24,000 bases of DNA from positions 472,809 to 496,808 of the forward strand of contig CAWBWP010000004.1 of the NCBI GenBank assembly GCA_963792555.1, given 5' to 3'. The notes under the pieces were generated by a model that was given only the letters and a program-made list of their open reading frames with translations, was not told where the DNA came from and did no database searches. The stretch's first letter is position 1, and every line of letters starts with the position of its first letter. The position numbers were made by a program, and so were the translations under genes. The stretch comes from an uncultured Alphaproteobacteria bacterium. Its GTDB lineage: Bacteria > Pseudomonadota > Alphaproteobacteria > Sphingomonadales > Sphingomonadaceae. Positions 8,882-19,493 of this stretch are shown here, in pieces.

Positions 8882-10005
8882 TGGCGGTTGCGGTCAGCGC
8901 CGGATTTGACGGCGGCAATATCGAGGTCCGCCGCTGCACCGGGGCGCACGACATCGAACTGGCGATCCGGCGCGATCATGCCAGCGACTTCTACCAGTGG
9001 TTCCACTTCCGCCTGAGCGGCGCGCGCGGTCAGCGCTGCACCGTGCGGATCGTCAACTGCGCCGGCTCGGCCTATCCCGGCGGCTGGCCCGACTACCGCG
9101 CGGCGGCTTCGGCCGACCGGGTCCACTGGACGCGGGTCGACACGAGCTACGTCGACGGCGTGCTGACGATCGACGTGACGCCGGCGGCCGACAGCCTGTG
9201 GCTGGCCTATTTCGCGCCGTACAGCATGGAACGTCACCACGACCTCGTCGCCCGCATCGCGCAGGAACCGGGGGTGATGACACGCGTCCTCGGGCAGACC
9301 CTCGATGGGCAGGACCTCGACGTCGTCGAAGTCGGCGACGGCCCGCGCCACGTCTGGCTCTACGCCCGCCAGCATCCGGGCGAGACGATGGCCGAATGGT
9401 GGATGGAAGGCGCACTCGAACGCCTGGTCGAACCCGACGATGCCGTCGCCATCGGCCTGCGGTCGCGCGCGCGGCTGCACCTCGTCCCCAACATGAATCC
9501 GGACGGGTCGCGGCGCGGACACCTGCGGACCAACGCCGCCGGGGCCAATCTCAACCGCGAATGGGCCGCGCCGACGCGCGACCGCTCGCCCGAGGTGCTC
9601 CACGTGCTGGCGGCGATGGACGCGACCGGCGTCGACTTCGCCATGGACGTCCACGGCGACGAGACGCTGCCGCACAATTTCATCGCCGGCTTCGAGGGTA
9701 TCCCGGCGATCACCGACCGGCAGCTCGGCCTGCTGGCGGAATATCGCCACATCCTCGCGCGGATCAGCCCCGATTTCCAGACTCGCGTCGGCTATCCGAT
9801 CTCGGCTCCGGGCAAGGCCAATCTGACGATGAGCACCAATCAGCTCGCCAACCGCTTCGGCTGCCTCGCGATGACGCTCGAGATGCCGTTCAAGGACGCC
9901 GCCGAGAACCCCGATCCGGTTGCCGGCTGGTCGCCGGAGCGGTCGAAGCAGCTTGGCCGCGACTGCCTCGCCGCCCTGCTTGAGGTGGTCGACCGCCTGC
10001 GCTAG
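8881..10005 (+). CDS. M14 family zinc carboxypeptidase (M14-type, with N-terminal domain)
   Basis: YARQHPGETMAEWWMEG (HxxE zinc ligands), NMNPDGSRRGHLRTNAAGANLNREW, MDVHGDE, LEMPFKD. The start overlaps the preceding stop (TGATG). Confidence 0.93.
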   Translation: MAVAVSAGFDGGNIEVRRCTGAHDIELAIRRDHASDFYQWFHFRLSGARGQRCTVRIVNCAGSAYPGGWPDYRAAASADRVHWTRVDTSYVDGVLTIDVTPAADSLWLAYFAPYSMERHHDLVARIAQEPGVMTRVLGQTLDGQDLDVVEVGDGPRHVWLYARQHPGETMAEWWMEGALERLVEPDDAVAIGLRSRARLHLVPNMNPDGSRRGHLRTNAAGANLNREWAAPTRDRSPEVLHVLAAMDATGVDFAMDVHGDETLPHNFIAGFEGIPAITDRQLGLLAEYRHILARISPDFQTRVGYPISAPGKANLTMSTNQLANRFGCLAMTLEMPFKDAAENPDPVAGWSPERSKQLGRDCLAALLEVVDRLR

Positions 10006-10116
10006 GCGGCGGCGATGCGCCTCGTTGCCGACGACCTTCACCCTCCCGCCGTCGCGGCCTGCGGCGGCCGCGGCCCGGACCCGTTCCTCACCTTCCTGCA
10101 CCTGGACCTGTGACCC

Positions 10117-10797
10117 ATGCCGACGCTCGTCCTCATCCGCCACGGCCAGTCGGCATGGAACCTGGAGAACCGCTTCACCGGCTGGTGGGACGTGCCGCTG
10201 ACCGAGCGCGGCATTGCCGAGGCCACCGCCGCCGGCGTCCTGCTGCGGACCCGCGGCTATGATTTCGACCGTGTCTTCACCAGCGTCCAGTCGCGCGCGA
10301 TCAAGACCGGCTTCCTGATGCTGGAGGCGATGGACCGGCTCTGGCTGCCGGTGACCAAGGACTGGCGGCTGAACGAGCGCCACTATGGCGGCCTGACCGG
10401 GCTGAACAAGGCCGAGACGGCGGCGGCGCACGGCGAGGCGCAGGTCCACCTCTGGCGGCGGTCCTTCGACGTGCCGCCGCCGCCGATGGCACCGGGCGGG
10501 CCGTTCGATCTAGCCGGCGACCGGCGCTACGCCGGGGTCGCCGTACCGCCAACGGAGAGTTTGAAGGACACCATTGCCCGCGTCCTGCCGTATTGGGAGG
10601 CGGCGATCGCCCCGGCGTTGCGGGCGGGCGAGCGTGTCGTCGTCGCCGCGCATGGCAACTCGCTGCGGGCGCTGGTCAAGCACCTCTCGGGGATCGGCGA
10701 CGCGGAGATCGCCGAGCTCGAAATCCCGACGGGGGCACCGATCGTCTATACCCTGGACGTCGACCTGCACGCGACAGCGCGCTTTTACCTCGACTAA
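10117..10797 (+). CDS. gpmA: 2,3-bisphosphoglycerate-dependent phosphoglycerate mutase
   Basis: [61 protein letters not shown]. Confidence 0.98.
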   Translation: MPTLVLIRHGQSAWNLENRFTGWWDVPLTERGIAEATAAGVLLRTRGYDFDRVFTSVQSRAIKTGFLMLEAMDRLWLPVTKDWRLNERHYGGLTGLNKAETAAAHGEAQVHLWRRSFDVPPPPMAPGGPFDLAGDRRYAGVAVPPTESLKDTIARVLPYWEAAIAPALRAGERVVVAAHGNSLRALVKHLSGIGDAEIAELEIPTGAPIVYTLDVDLHATARFYLD

Positions 10798-10997
10798 CAC
10801 AGCCTTGCCGGCGGCGTACGGTGGTGCAACCGGGACGCGCCGGCGACCCCAGCCTTCGCCGATTTCGGCGTTGCCCAGGAGCACCCGCCATTAAGAGCGG
10901 GTTCACGGGCCACGTGAAAGATCGCCGGTCGTGACACCCCGTGGGAAAGCCGCGCCGTGTCGCGTATCGCCTTGACGATGTTCATGGGAGCTGGTGC

Positions 10998-11417
10998 ATG
11001 AAGCGGTTTCTTCTCGGTGCCGCCCTCGCCGCGACCGTCGCCACGACGATGGCGACGCCGGCTGCAGCGTGGTGGCGCGCGGGGTATTATGTCCGACCAT
11101 CCTATTACGGATACGGCTATTACCCGCCGTATCCGGTCTATCGGCCTTATTATTACGCGCCGCCGCCGGTCTATTACGCCCCGCCGCCGGTGTATGTCGC
11201 GCCGACCTATTACGGCTATGGCGGTTATCCCGCCTATGCGCCGGCACCGGTCTATCGCTACCGCTGCCGCAGCTCCGGGGGCGGCGCGATCCTGGGAGCG
11301 ATCGCCGGCGGGCTGATCGGCAACGCCGCCGGCAGTCGCTACGATCGCGGCCTGTCGACGGTGGCGGGGGCCGGCGTCGGCGCGGCGGTCGGTGATTCGG
11401 TCGAGCGCAACTGCTAG
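10998..11417 (+). CDS. Glycine-zipper 2TM domain protein with Tyr/Pro-rich region
   Basis: MKRFLLGAALAATVATTMATPAAAWW signal peptide; repeats of YYAPPPVYYAPPPVYVAPTYYGYGGY; GGGAILGAIAGGLIGNAAG...VAGAGVGAAVGDSVERNC. Confidence 0.9.
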   Translation: MKRFLLGAALAATVATTMATPAAAWWRAGYYVRPSYYGYGYYPPYPVYRPYYYAPPPVYYAPPPVYVAPTYYGYGGYPAYAPAPVYRYRCRSSGGGAILGAIAGGLIGNAAGSRYDRGLSTVAGAGVGAAVGDSVERNC

Positions 11418-11439
11418 GCCCGACTGTGGAGCGAGCCGC

Positions 11440-12577
11440 CTAGTCGGTCAGCTCGCTCCACATGCCCTTGATCTTGGCGAAGAAGCCCGACTGTGCCGGG
11501 AAGTTGCCCTCGCCCGCTTCGAGCGCCTGAAACTCCTCGAGCAGTTCGCGCTGCCGTCGCGACAGCTTGACCGGAGTCTCGACGTCGATCTGGACGACAA
11601 GGTCGCCGAAACCGGTGCTACGGCCGGTATTCGACAGCGCCGGCATGCCGCGGCCGCGAATGCGGAGCTGCTTGCCCGACTGGGTACCAGCCGGGACCTT
11701 GATCGTTGCCGGCTGCTGGTCGAGCCCGGGCACCTCGATCTCGCCGCCAAGCGCCGCCGTGGTGATCGACACCGGCACCTGGGCGAACAGGGTGGTGCCC
11801 TCGCGCTTGAAGATCGCGTGCGGTTTCAGCGCGATGAAGATGTAGAGGTCGCCCGGTCCGGCGCCGCGCTGCCCGGCTTCGCCTTCGCCGGCGACGCGGA
11901 TGCGCGTGCCGTCGTCGACGCCGGCGGGGATCTTGACCTCCAGCGTCTTCTCGCGCTCGACCCGCCCGGCACCGTGACAGGTCTCGCACGGGTCGGCGAT
12001 GATCTGGCCGCTGCCGTGGCACTGCGGACAGGCACGCTCGACCATGAACATGCCCTGGCGCATGCCGACCTTGCCCTGGCCGCGGCAGGTGGCGCAGGTC
12101 TTGGCACTGGTACCCGGCTTCGCCCCGCGGCCGTCGCAGGTCGTGCAGGTCGCGGCGACTTCCATGGTCAGGCTGGCGCTCTTGCCGGCGAACGCCTCCT
12201 CGAAGGTCAGCTCGAGGTCATAGCGCAGATCCTGCCCGCGCCCCGACGGCTGCCGCCCGCGCCCGGTGAACTGGCCGAAGATGTCCTCGAAGATGTCGGA
12301 GAAGCCGGCGAACCCCGGCCCCGCGCCACGCGCCGCCGCCGCCGCCGCCCTGGAACGCGGCCTTGCCGTAGCGGTCGTAGGCGGCGCGCTTCTGCGGGTC
12401 CTTCAGACAGTCATAGGCCTCGCTGATCGCCTTGAAGCGCGCCTCCGCGGCGGGGTCGCCGGGGTTCTTGTCGGGGTGCCACTTGATCGCCAGGCGGCGA
12501 TAAGCCGACTTCAGCGTCGCATCGTCCGCACCGCGCTCGCACTCGAGCAGCTCGTAATAGTCGATGTCGGTGGTCAT
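11440..12577 (-). CDS. dnaJ: Molecular chaperone DnaJ, interrupted by an apparent frameshift at about 12308-12350
   Basis: The N-terminal J domain ORF (12218..12577: [36 protein letters not shown]) and the zinc-finger/C-terminal ORF ([14 protein letters not shown]...[12 protein letters not shown]...CATCRGQG...CPQCHGSG...CETCHGAG, to 11440) are in different frames. Confidence 0.93.
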
Positions 12578-12594
12578 TGACGCTTGCCCCCGGT

Positions 12595-12619
12595 GCCGGC
12601 GCGCGGAGTGCGCGCCGGC
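12595..12619 (-). promoter_or_regulatory. Intergenic hairpin between dnaK and dnaJ
   Basis: Perfect 10-bp arms GCCGGCGCGC / GCGCGCCGGC with 5-nt loop. Confidence 0.45.
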
Positions 12620-12625
12620 CGGCCC

Positions 12626-14512
<1,887 letters not shown>

Positions 14513-14599
14513 TTTAGTCCTTTGTCTCACAAACGGTTGGCGCAGTGCACCGGCGGTCGGGCCCTCGCGTGAAGCGACCCGGCCCGGTGCGATGGGGCC

Positions 14600-14628
14600 G
14601 ATATAGTGAGCGCATAAGTCGCTGCAAG
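14600..14628 (-). promoter_or_regulatory. Candidate dnaK promoter (RpoH-like or sigma-70-like)
   Basis: The minus strand reads CTTGCA-N16-CTATATC, about 88 nt upstream of the dnaK ATG. Confidence 0.4.
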
Positions 14629-14732
14629 CGCGTCGCCGGCCAGGCCTTGTCGTCGACGCATCACCGCGCCACATCGACGGCGACGGACCCCAGGCGCTAA
14701 TGACCAGCGCGGGGAAGAGCGGAGGTTGAGGC

Positions 14733-15209
14733 GTGTCACGGGTTCTGGGCTGGCTGGCGTGCGCCGTGTCGGTGGTGTTGCTGGTCGTGGCGATGGTGAC
14801 CGGAACCGCCCCGGCGCTGGCTGCGCCGGTGGCGACCGTCACGGACGCGTGGGTCCGGCTGCCGGCGGTGCCGGGCCGTCCGGCTGCCGGCTATTTCACG
14901 CTGAAGGCAACGACGCCGGCGCGCCTGACCGGGGTTACTAGCCCGGCCGCGCGGGTCGAACTGCACAGCATGGCAATGGCGGGCGGCGTCATGCACATGG
15001 CCGCCATGCCGTCGGTCGCGGTTGCTGCCGGGCAGACGATCCGCTTCGCGCCGGGCGGCGATCACCTGATGCTGTTCGACCTGCCCGCCGGCGTCGCGCC
15101 CGGGTCGCCGCTGGTGTTGACCTTCACCTTTGCCGGCGGTGCGTCGCAGACGGTTGCCGCCGCCGTCGTTCCCGCCGGCGCGCCCGCTGCCGGGCATGGC
15201 GGTCGCTAG
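14733..15209 (+). CDS. Copper chaperone PCu(A)C family protein
   Basis: GTG start after GGAGG; signal peptide; [20 protein letters not shown]; [18 protein letters not shown]; [13 protein letters not shown] (H/M copper motifs). Confidence 0.94.
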   Translation: MSRVLGWLACAVSVVLLVVAMVTGTAPALAAPVATVTDAWVRLPAVPGRPAAGYFTLKATTPARLTGVTSPAARVELHSMAMAGGVMHMAAMPSVAVAAGQTIRFAPGGDHLMLFDLPAGVAPGSPLVLTFTFAGGASQTVAAAVVPAGAPAAGHGGR

Positions 15210-15678
15210 GACCGTCCGCCCGCTGACCGTCGGCGAGCGCACTATCGCCGCAGAGGTTTTCGGTACGGCGCTCGATCCGCTTCCGGTCACGCTGCGGCGG
15301 CGCACCTGGTTCCCGCTGCAGCCACGCGCCGTCGTCATGGCCCCCGACGGGCATATCTGGTTCCATCCCAAGGGGCCGCATTGGCGCGACGACTTCGCCG
15401 CCGCCGGCCTTTCGCTCAGGGTCCTCCTGGTTCACGAGCTGACCCATGTCTGGCAGGTGCAGTCGGGGCTCAACCTGGTCCTTCGCCGCCGGCCCTTCGC
15501 GCGCTACGCCTATCTGCCGCTGACGCCGGGCAGGGCGTTCGTGGCTTACGGCATCGAGCAGCAGGCGTGCATCGTCGCCGACGCCTATTTTCTGGCACAG
15601 GGCGGACGGGTGCCCGGCGCGCCGCCGCTCGGCGACTATGCCGCGCTGATCCCGTTCGCGCCGCCGCCGACGACGTAG
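15196..15678 (+). CDS. vgr-related protein with HExxH-type motif (DUF4157-like)
   Basis: [36 protein letters not shown]...VLLVHELTHVWQVQSG...FVAYGIEQQACIVADAYFL. Confidence 0.78.
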   Translation: MAVARTVRPLTVGERTIAAEVFGTALDPLPVTLRRRTWFPLQPRAVVMAPDGHIWFHPKGPHWRDDFAAAGLSLRVLLVHELTHVWQVQSGLNLVLRRRPFARYAYLPLTPGRAFVAYGIEQQACIVADAYFLAQGGRVPGAPPLGDYAALIPFAPPPTT

Positions 15679-16007
15679 AGCGCCGGTCCTGCCGCCTTGG
15701 TCATGGCCTCGCGCAGCGGCCGCTCGCCGGTGACATCGTAGACATGGGCGTCGATCGTCACCTGCTCGGCGTCGATCGCGGCCTTGAACTCGACCATCGT
15801 CGGCGTTCCGAGGTAGGCGCGCAGGGCGGCCTCGTCCTCCCAGCGTTCGACCAAACTCAGAATGCCATCGGTTTCGCTCTCGACCGAAAACGAATAGCTG
15901 AGACAGCCGCTCGCTTCCCACGTAAACTGCATGATCCGGTCGAGCAGCGGTCGCAGCCGCGGGATCGATGCCGGATCGACTTCGATCCGCGCGACGACGA
16001 TGATCAT
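15636..16007 (-). CDS. Antibiotic biosynthesis monooxygenase / quinol monooxygenase-like protein
   Basis: MIIVVARIEVDPASIPRLRPLLDRIMQFTWEASGCLSYSFSVESETDGILSLVERWEDEAALRAYLGTPTM is an ABM-fold signature. Confidence 0.9.
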   Translation of the reverse strand: MIIVVARIEVDPASIPRLRPLLDRIMQFTWEASGCLSYSFSVESETDGILSLVERWEDEAALRAYLGTPTMVEFKAAIDAEQVTIDAHVYDVTGERPLREAMTKAAGPALYVVGGGANGISAA

Positions 16008-16031
16008 GCCCTGCTCCCCTGGCTGCCGCGG

Positions 16032-16592
16032 TCAGGCGGCGTCGGTCTGCCCCTCGGCGCGCGCCTTGGCAACGCTGACCAACGCCGGGCGCAGCAGCCG
16101 GTCCTTGATCGTATAGCCGGCCTGCAGCTCGGCGACGATGGCGCCGGGCGCGTGCGTGTCCGACTCGACCTCAATCATCGCCTGGTGGCGGTTGGGGTCG
16201 AGCTTGCCGTCGGCCTCGACCCGCGTGATGCCGTGGCGGGTGAGGACGGTGGTCAGCTCGCGCTCGGTCGCGGCGATCCCGGTCTTGACCGCCGCGAACT
16301 CCGGCGCATCGGCCGGCAGCGCGGCGACGGCACGCGCGAGATTATCGGCCACGCCCAGCAGATCGCGGGCGAAGCTGGTCATGGCGTAGGTCGAGGCGTC
16401 GGTCTTCTCGCGCTCCAGCCGGCGGCGGACGTTCTCGGTCTCGGCCGCCGCGCGCAGCAGCCGGTCCTTCAGCGCGGCGACCTCGTCGGTCAGGCGGACA
16501 ACCTCGGCGGACAGGTCGGGCGGGCCGCTTTCGGCTTCGCTGGTCCCGGTCGGCGTCGGGTCGGTCATCGTCTCGGTGTTCATGTCGGTCAT
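16032..16592 (-). CDS. grpE: Nucleotide exchange factor GrpE
   Basis: LKDRLLRAAAETENVRRRLEREK..., FARDLLGVADNLARAV, HQAMIEVESDTHAPGAIVAELQAGYTIKDRLLRPALVSVAK. Confidence 0.96.
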   Translation of the reverse strand: MTDMNTETMTDPTPTGTSEAESGPPDLSAEVVRLTDEVAALKDRLLRAAAETENVRRRLEREKTDASTYAMTSFARDLLGVADNLARAVAALPADAPEFAAVKTGIAATERELTTVLTRHGITRVEADGKLDPNRHQAMIEVESDTHAPGAIVAELQAGYTIKDRLLRPALVSVAKARAEGQTDAA

Positions 16593-17626
16593 GCGATCAA
16601 CCTGCTTAGGGTACGGGCGGTATAATCCACCATCGGAACGACGCGGGCGTAATTCAAGCGGGTCGGGCCGATGACGCCGACGACGCCGACCACCCGGCCG
16701 CTGCCGGCGCGGTAGGGCGCGGCGATGACACTGGAGCCGGACAGCGAGAACAGCTTGTTCTCGGAACCGATGAAGATCTTGCACGCCTCGCCGCTCGTCG
16801 CCGAGTCGAGCAGGCGGACGAGGTCCTCCTTGCCCTCGAGGTCGTCGAGCAGCGTGCGGACGCGGTCGAGGTCGGTGGCGTCGGCGATCAGGTGGGCGCT
16901 GCCGCGGACGATCAGGATCGGCCGCGCCGCGCCGTCCGACGACCAGCTGGCCAGCCCGGTTTCGACCAGGTCGCGCGTCAGCACGTCGAGCTGGGCGCGG
17001 TCGGCGTCGATGTCGGCGCGCAGCCGTCGCGCCGCCTCGCTCAGCGTGACCCCGGTCAGGCGCGCGTTGATGAAGTTCGCCGCCTCGATCAGCGCCGCCG
17101 CCGGCAGGTCGGGCGGCAGGTCGAGGACGCGGTTCTCGACGTCGCCGTCGGTGCCGACGAGCACCGCCAGTGCCCGCGCCGGCGACAGCGGCACAAAGCT
17201 GACCTGGCGCAGGATCATCTCGTGGCGCGGGACGAGGACGATGCCGGCACAAGCGCTCAGGCCGGCCAGGACCGAGGTGGTCCGCCCGAGAATGTCCTCC
17301 AGCGACGCCGGCGCCACCAGCTGGCTCTCGATCGCCCCGCGCTCGGCCTCGGTCGGCGCGCTGGTCTGCATCATCCCGTCGACGAACAGGCGCAGCCCGA
17401 GTTCGGTCGGCACCCGCCCGGCCGAGGTATGCGGCGCGGCGAGCAGTCCAAGCTCCTCCAGGTCCTGCATGACGTTGCGGATCGACGCCGGCGACAGGCC
17501 GAGCGCCGACAGCTTGGACAAGGTGCGCGAGCCGACCGGGCTGCCGCGCTCGATGTACGCTTCGACGATCTGGCGGAACACATCGCGGGCGCGGTCGGTC
17601 AGCTCGGTGATCGGCGGCGGCGACAT
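16589..17626 (-). CDS. hrcA: Heat-inducible transcriptional repressor HrcA
   Basis: LTDRARDVFRQIVEAYIERGSPVGSRTLSKLSALGLSPASIRNVMQDLEELGLLAAPHTSAGRVPTELGLRLFVD. ATGA overlap with grpE. Confidence 0.97.
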   Translation of the reverse strand: MSPPPITELTDRARDVFRQIVEAYIERGSPVGSRTLSKLSALGLSPASIRNVMQDLEELGLLAAPHTSAGRVPTELGLRLFVDGMMQTSAPTEAERGAIESQLVAPASLEDILGRTTSVLAGLSACAGIVLVPRHEMILRQVSFVPLSPARALAVLVGTDGDVENRVLDLPPDLPAAALIEAANFINARLTGVTLSEAARRLRADIDADRAQLDVLTRDLVETGLASWSSDGAARPILIVRGSAHLIADATDLDRVRTLLDDLEGKEDLVRLLDSATSGEACKIFIGSENKLFSLSGSSVIAAPYRAGSGRVVGVVGVIGPTRLNYARVVPMVDYTARTLSRLIA

Positions 17627-17710
17627 GGCTGCCCCGTGTAATCGCACGCGGGGTTCCGCTCAACCGGGGGAGCGGCTAGACGACGAACTCAAGCGAAGAG
17701 GAACCTGCCC

Positions 17711-18427
17711 ATGCGACCGTCCGGCCGCGCTCCCGACGCCATGCGCCGGGTCGAGATCATCCCCCATTTCACCGCCCACGCCGAGGGCTCGTGTCTGGTC
17801 AAGTTCGGCGACACCCACGTCCTTGTGACCGCGTCGGTCGAGGAGCGGCTGCCGCCGTGGCTGCGCGGCAAGGGCGAAGGCTGGGTCACGGCCGAATACG
17901 GGATGCTGCCCCGCGCGACGCACACCCGCGGCCAGCGCGAGGCGGCCAAGGGCAAGCAGTCGGGGCGGACGCAGGAGATCCAGCGGCTGATCGGGCGGTC
18001 GCTGCGCGCCGTCACCGACCTGAAGGTGCTTGGCGAGCGCCAGATCACCCTCGACTGCGACGTCCTCCAGGCCGACGGCGGCACCCGCACGGCCTCGATC
18101 AGCGGCGCGTGGGTCGCACTGCGGCTCGCGGTCGACGGGATCATGACGAAGAACGGCCTGTCGCTCGACCCGCTGACCGATCAGGTCGCCGCCGTGAGCT
18201 GCGGCATCCACGAGGGCCAGGTCGTCCTCGACCTCGACTATGTCGAAGACTCGGCCGCCGGCACCGACGGCAACTTCGTCCTGACCGCGAGCGGCGGGCT
18301 GGTCGAAGTCCAGGCGACGGCGGAGGGCGCGACCTATGACGACGAGGCGCTGCTGCGCATGCTCCGCCTTGCGCGCCTCGGCTGCACCGGCATCTTCGCT
18401 GCGCAGCGGGCGGCGACCGGCCGGTGA
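17711..18427 (+). CDS. rph: Ribonuclease PH
   Basis: [45 protein letters not shown]...[35 protein letters not shown]. Confidence 0.98.
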   Translation: MRPSGRAPDAMRRVEIIPHFTAHAEGSCLVKFGDTHVLVTASVEERLPPWLRGKGEGWVTAEYGMLPRATHTRGQREAAKGKQSGRTQEIQRLIGRSLRAVTDLKVLGERQITLDCDVLQADGGTRTASISGAWVALRLAVDGIMTKNGLSLDPLTDQVAAVSCGIHEGQVVLDLDYVEDSAAGTDGNFVLTASGGLVEVQATAEGATYDDEALLRMLRLARLGCTGIFAAQRAATGR

Positions 18428-19044
18428 CGCGACGGCTGGCCCCCGGCCGGCTGGTGCTGGCGACGCACAATGGCGGCAAGGTCCGCGAGATGGCGGCGCT
18501 GCTGACACCGCACGGCCTCGACGTCGTCGCGGCGGGCGATCTTGGCCTGCCCGAGCCGGCGGAGACCGCGGACAGCTTTACCGGCAATGCGCTGATCAAG
18601 GCGCGGGCCGCGGCGGCGGGCTCGGGCCTCGTCGCGCTTGCCGACAACTCGGGCCTGTGCGTCGATGCGCTCGGCGGGGCACCGGGGGTCTATACGGCCG
18701 ATTGGGCGGAGACGCCGGCGGGCCGCGACTGGATGCTGGCGATGACCAAGGTCGAGGACCTGCTGGCGGCGCAGGGTCCGGAGGTGTCGCGCCGGGCGCA
18801 GTTCGTCTGCACGCTGGCGCTCGCCTGGCCGGACGGCGAAACGGCGGTGTTCGAGGGGCGCTGCCCGGGGACACTGGCCTGGCCGCCGCGCGGCACCCGC
18901 GGCTTCGGCTATGATCCGGTGTTCGTCGCCGACGGCATGACAGCGACGTTCGCCGAGATCGACCCGGCCGAGAAGCACCGCATCAGCCACCGCGCGGCCG
19001 CCTTTGCCAAGCTTGCCGCCGCCTGCCTGGGAGAACGCTCATGA
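18424..19044 (+). CDS. rdgB: Non-canonical purine NTP pyrophosphatase (RdgB/HAM1 family)
   Basis: [70 protein letters not shown]. Confidence 0.97.
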   Translation: MTRRLAPGRLVLATHNGGKVREMAALLTPHGLDVVAAGDLGLPEPAETADSFTGNALIKARAAAAGSGLVALADNSGLCVDALGGAPGVYTADWAETPAGRDWMLAMTKVEDLLAAQGPEVSRRAQFVCTLALAWPDGETAVFEGRCPGTLAWPPRGTRGFGYDPVFVADGMTATFAEIDPAEKHRISHRAAAFAKLAAACLGERS

Positions 19045-19493
19045 CCGACGCCGACCACGCCGCGATCCGCGCCATCCTCGCCGCCGAGGAGGCGGCATGG
19101 GCGGCTGGCGACGCCGCCGCGTTCAGTGCCGCCGTGACCGACGATGTCGTCTTCACCAACGTCGTCGGCATGTTCTCGGTCGGCCGCGTGCCGTTCGAGA
19201 AGCAGCACGAGCATATCTTCACGACATTCTACCGGGGCAGCACGATGCGGCAGACGGTGGCGCACATCGCCTTCGTTCGCCCCGACGTCGCCATTGTCGA
19301 CACGATGACCGAAGGGAGCGGCTTCGGCGACCTGCCGCCGGCCATTGCCGTCCATCTCATCGATGGCGTCATCCGGACGCGGCTCGAACAGGTCATGGTC
19401 AAGAACGACGGCGAGTGGCGCGTCGCGGCGTTTCACAACGTGCCGATGAACGAGCGGGCGCTGGCTGCCGCGGCGGGCGGCCCCCCGCCGTGA
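19041..19493 (+). CDS. SgcJ/EcaC or SnoaL-like (NTF2 fold) protein
   Basis: DHAAIRAILAAEEAAWAAGDAAAFSAAVTDDVVFTNVVGMFSVGRVPFEKQHEHIFTTFYRGS; C-terminal VMVKNDGEWRVAAFHNVPM. Confidence 0.9.
   Translation: MTDADHAAIRAILAAEEAAWAAGDAAAFSAAVTDDVVFTNVVGMFSVGRVPFEKQHEHIFTTFYRGSTMRQTVAHIAFVRPDVAIVDTMTEGSGFGDLPPAIAVHLIDGVIRTRLEQVMVKNDGEWRVAAFHNVPMNERALAAAAGGPPP

Noticed and set aside
8446-10449. 667-aa minus-strand ORF spanning DUF4136, M14 and gpmA genes
   Set aside because: It crosses three genuine plus-strand genes, its composition mirrors codon bias of the real strand, and it has no recognisable motifs.
11414-11443. CTAGGC...GCCTAG inverted repeat between the glycine-zipper gene and dnaJ
   Set aside because: The arms mostly consist of the two convergent TAG stop codons, with an 18-nt loop and no U-tract. 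Not convincing as a bidirectional terminator.
16593-17663. Upstream extension of the grpE frame (543-aa ORF) through hrcA
   Set aside because: GrpE homology begins at the ATG at 16592. The extension is an alternate-frame reading of hrcA and is low-complexity.
17627-17710. CIRCE operator between divergent hrcA and rph
   Set aside because: I looked for TTAGCACTC-N9-GAGTGCTAA in this spacer and saw no resemblance.
19004-19489. Upstream extension of the hemW frame (542-aa ORF)
   Set aside because: HemW conservation begins at the GTG at 19490. The upstream portion overlaps a clearly real NTF2-fold gene in another frame.
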